Source: Cytophagales bacterium
Lineage (GTDB): Bacteria > Bacteroidota > Bacteroidia > Cytophagales > Microscillaceae
Direction of reading: 5' to 3'
Assembly (NCBI GenBank): GCA_004293905.1
Contig: RDZE01000021.1
Span: forward strand, 28,769-92,768
Length of the DNA: 64,000 bases
The position numbers and the translations under genes are program-made. The stretch's first letter is position 1. The number at the start of each line of letters is the position of its first letter. The notes beneath the pieces are model-generated. The model saw only the letters and a program-made list of their open reading frames with translations. It had not been told where the DNA came from and ran no database searches. Shown in pieces: positions 62,198 through 64,000 of this stretch.

Positions 62198-63172
62198 TTA
62201 TTTTTTCAAGCCTATTTCTGCCAAGCGTTGTTCTAAGAAATCACCCGCCGTGATGTCTTCATAACGTTTTGGGTTTTGGCTATCTACACAATTTTCTAAA
62301 CAGCTCAAATCCATTTCGGCGCGCGGATGCATAAAAAAAGGAATGGAATAGCGAGAAGTATTCATTTTTTCTTTAGCAGGATTTACTACTCTATGAATGG
62401 TAGATTTGAGGTAGTGATTGGTGAGGCGGTCGAGCATATCACCTACATTGACAATAATCTGTTCGGGGAGTGCCGTAATTGCAATCCATTTGCCATCTCT
62501 GCGCAATACCTCTAACCCTTCGGCACTTGCGCCCATGAGCAGTGTGATGAGGTTGATGTCGCCGTGTGCAGCCGCTCTTACTGCTCCTTCGGGTACGGCA
62601 TCGGGGTTTGTGATGGGAAAATAGTGAATGGGACGCAAAATACTATTGCCATGATGTACTTTGCTCTCAAAGTAGTTTTCTTCTAAACCTAAAAAAAGTG
62701 CAATGGCACGAAGTATGTTTTTGCCTGTATTCTCCAATATTCTGAAGGCTTCTAAGGTATGCTGTCGCATGGTAGGAATTTCGTCAGGGAAGATATTATC
62801 AGGGTATTTGCCAAAATCTGCCTCTTTGGGGTCAGTAATTTCTTGCCCTATGTGATAAAACTCTTTCAAATCGCCTACATTGCTGTCTTTAGCGTGTTCT
62901 TTCCCCTTGCCTGTGTAGCCGCGTTGCCCCGCAAGATTGGCAAGCTCATATTTTTGCTTTACTTCATCGGGGAGGGCAAAAAAAGCCTGAATGGTAGCAT
63001 ACAATTGATGGCGCAATTGGTCATCTAAGCCATGATTTTTGATTGCCACGAAGCCAATTTCTTGGAAGGCATTGCCCAAATCTTGTATAAATTGTTTCCT
63101 TTCGGTGTCATTCCCTTCGGTGAAGTTGGCTAAATCAAGAGAAGGGATTTCATTGAGTAAGTTTGTTTCCAT
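62198..63172 (-). CDS. 2-oxoglutarate/Fe(II)-dependent oxygenase (isopenicillin-N-synthase-like)
   Basis: The track start at 63184 is TTG. The ATG at 63172 gives METNLLNEIPSLDL. HxD in AAHGDINLITLL, and distal His/Arg in KSTIHRVVNP. Confidence 0.85.
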   Translation of the reverse strand: METNLLNEIPSLDLANFTEGNDTERKQFIQDLGNAFQEIGFVAIKNHGLDDQLRHQLYATIQAFFALPDEVKQKYELANLAGQRGYTGKGKEHAKDSNVGDLKEFYHIGQEITDPKEADFGKYPDNIFPDEIPTMRQHTLEAFRILENTGKNILRAIALFLGLEENYFESKVHHGNSILRPIHYFPITNPDAVPEGAVRAAAHGDINLITLLMGASAEGLEVLRRDGKWIAITALPEQIIVNVGDMLDRLTNHYLKSTIHRVVNPAKEKMNTSRYSIPFFMHPRAEMDLSCLENCVDSQNPKRYEDITAGDFLEQRLAEIGLKK

Positions 63173-63233
63173 GATGGGGTACAAAATAATGTTTTGTAAA
63201 TCTTTCGAATAGCAAAATAAAGTATTTTTTCTT

Positions 63234-64000
63234 TTATTGACTATTAATAAGATAGCAATTTCCTTTTTCTAAGGCAACAATTCCTGAAAGAGTGCTAAAC
63301 AATACACTTTCATCGCTTAAAACAGGGCAGTCGCTTTTTTGAATGAGTTGAAAATCTTTACTTTTTCTGATGAGTAGTGCGTCATCGGCTGGTTCAAAAA
63401 CAATGCCTTCTTGTGCATTTGTAGCTCTGTAAGCAATGTGTTTGGGTCGGGTGAGTTCTATGGCACTCCATTGTGTTTGTAGGTTTTGGATATCGAAATA
63501 GGCATTTTTTAGAGAAGTTTCGCCTTGTTTGGTTTCGCTGTAAGTGCCTATGCCTACTTGCCCTGCAATGAATACTTGGTGAAGCATTTGTGTACTTTTG
63601 ACAGTAGAAATATTTTTGCCCGAATGATAAAACACATATTGCATACCTCCTGCGTTTTGGATAAGTCCGCCAAAAACATCAAAGCCTTTGCCGAAAACCA
63701 TTGTTTGTTCTATTCTGATTTGGTCTTTGATGATATCATCTATGAATACCCATTTCATGTAGTCTTCTTCTATGAGTACAAGTGTTTGGTTGATTTGTTT
63801 GTAGTTTTGCTCCTCAAAAGTACCTTGTAGGTTATTGATAGGGGTTTCGGTTTTATCGGGGTGTAGTTGGTAAAGTTTTTGTTTTTTCAAACCTATTATA
63901 TTTTTTTCTCCTACCCATACTTTTTGGTATTCAGTTTTTGCAAAAGTTTGTATGGCTTGTAGGTAACCTTTGTTAGAACTGTCATATACATAGTAATTTT
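63234..64000 (-). CDS. Hypothetical protein, N-terminus lies beyond the window edge
   Basis: The track start at 63890 is TTG. I read the same frame upstream to base 64000 and found no stop (...NYYVYDSSNKGYLQAIQTFAKTEYQKVWVGEKNIIGLKKQKLYQL...), so the gene continues outside the window. No recognisable motif. Confidence 0.5.
   Translation of the reverse strand, partial: NYYVYDSSNKGYLQAIQTFAKTEYQKVWVGEKNIIGLKKQKLYQLHPDKTETPINNLQGTFEEQNYKQINQTLVLIEEDYMKWVFIDDIIKDQIRIEQTMVFGKGFDVFGGLIQNAGGMQYVFYHSGKNISTVKSTQMLHQVFIAGQVGIGTYSETKQGETSLKNAYFDIQNLQTQWSAIELTRPKHIAYRATNAQEGIVFEPADDALLIRKSKDFQLIQKSDCPVLSDESVLFSTLSGIVALEKGNCYLINSQ

Noticed and set aside
1-64000. Scan for CRISPR arrays, rRNA, transposases/integrases, phage genes and known defence-system enzymes (nucleases, helicases, methyltransferase-restriction pairs)
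   Set aside because: None found. The longest non-coding gaps are about 170 nt, and there are no spaced repeat arrays. No ORF has a transposase, integrase or nuclease-helicase motif. Both tRNAs lack adjacent integrase genes.

Overview
This 64-kb chromosomal window is almost certainly from a Bacteroidota genome. The evidence is Bacteroidetes-type -7 boxes (TAnnTTTG) a short distance upstream of several start codons, the long-type PurF, stand-alone PASTA and SiaB/SiaC-like genes, and the carotenoid and menaquinone genes. I call 52 protein-coding genes (two cut by the window edges) and 2 tRNAs (Leu-GAG, Cys-GCA). I saw no rRNA, CRISPR array, transposase or integrase.

Layout:
- 1-11.6 kb: an AT-rich surface-glycan locus (Wzx flippase, two CgeB-like glycosyltransferases, two SAM methyltransferases, two SDR epimerases, an AsnB-type amidotransferase, WecB, a WbpB-like oxidoreductase).
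- 11.7-28 kb: mostly housekeeping genes (pncA-like, a DevABC-like tripartite exporter, menA, dnaK, htrA, purF, hutF-like, an MsbA-like ABC).
- 28.1-42.1 kb: a minus-strand signalling and transport block, the stand-out of the window.
- 42.3-64 kb: housekeeping and miscellaneous genes (fabG, a second MsbA-like ABC, rpsA, a PASTA protein, lpd, crtZ, menD, an Fe-S membrane protein, chrA, a 2OG oxygenase).

The signalling block reads in order: an orphan beta-propeller/Y_Y_Y ectodomain sensor with no output domain, CheR, a receiver-less CheB, a TM-GAF protein, a 1186-aa Cache-HAMP-GAF-PAS-PAS-PP2C phosphatase, a SiaB-like kinase, and a SiaC-like (DUF1987) protein. A terminator follows, and then come a 1023-aa TerB-like/ABCG-type exporter carrying a long coiled-coil insert and a lipoprotein. 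The window contains no MCP, CheA, CheW, receiver domain, histidine kinase or GGDEF protein.

The ORF track treats TTG and GTG as Met. I read the actual start codons and trimmed about ten N-termini to downstream ATGs. I also recovered two edge genes that the track misses or truncates. All family names come from motif recognition by eye. No database search was run.
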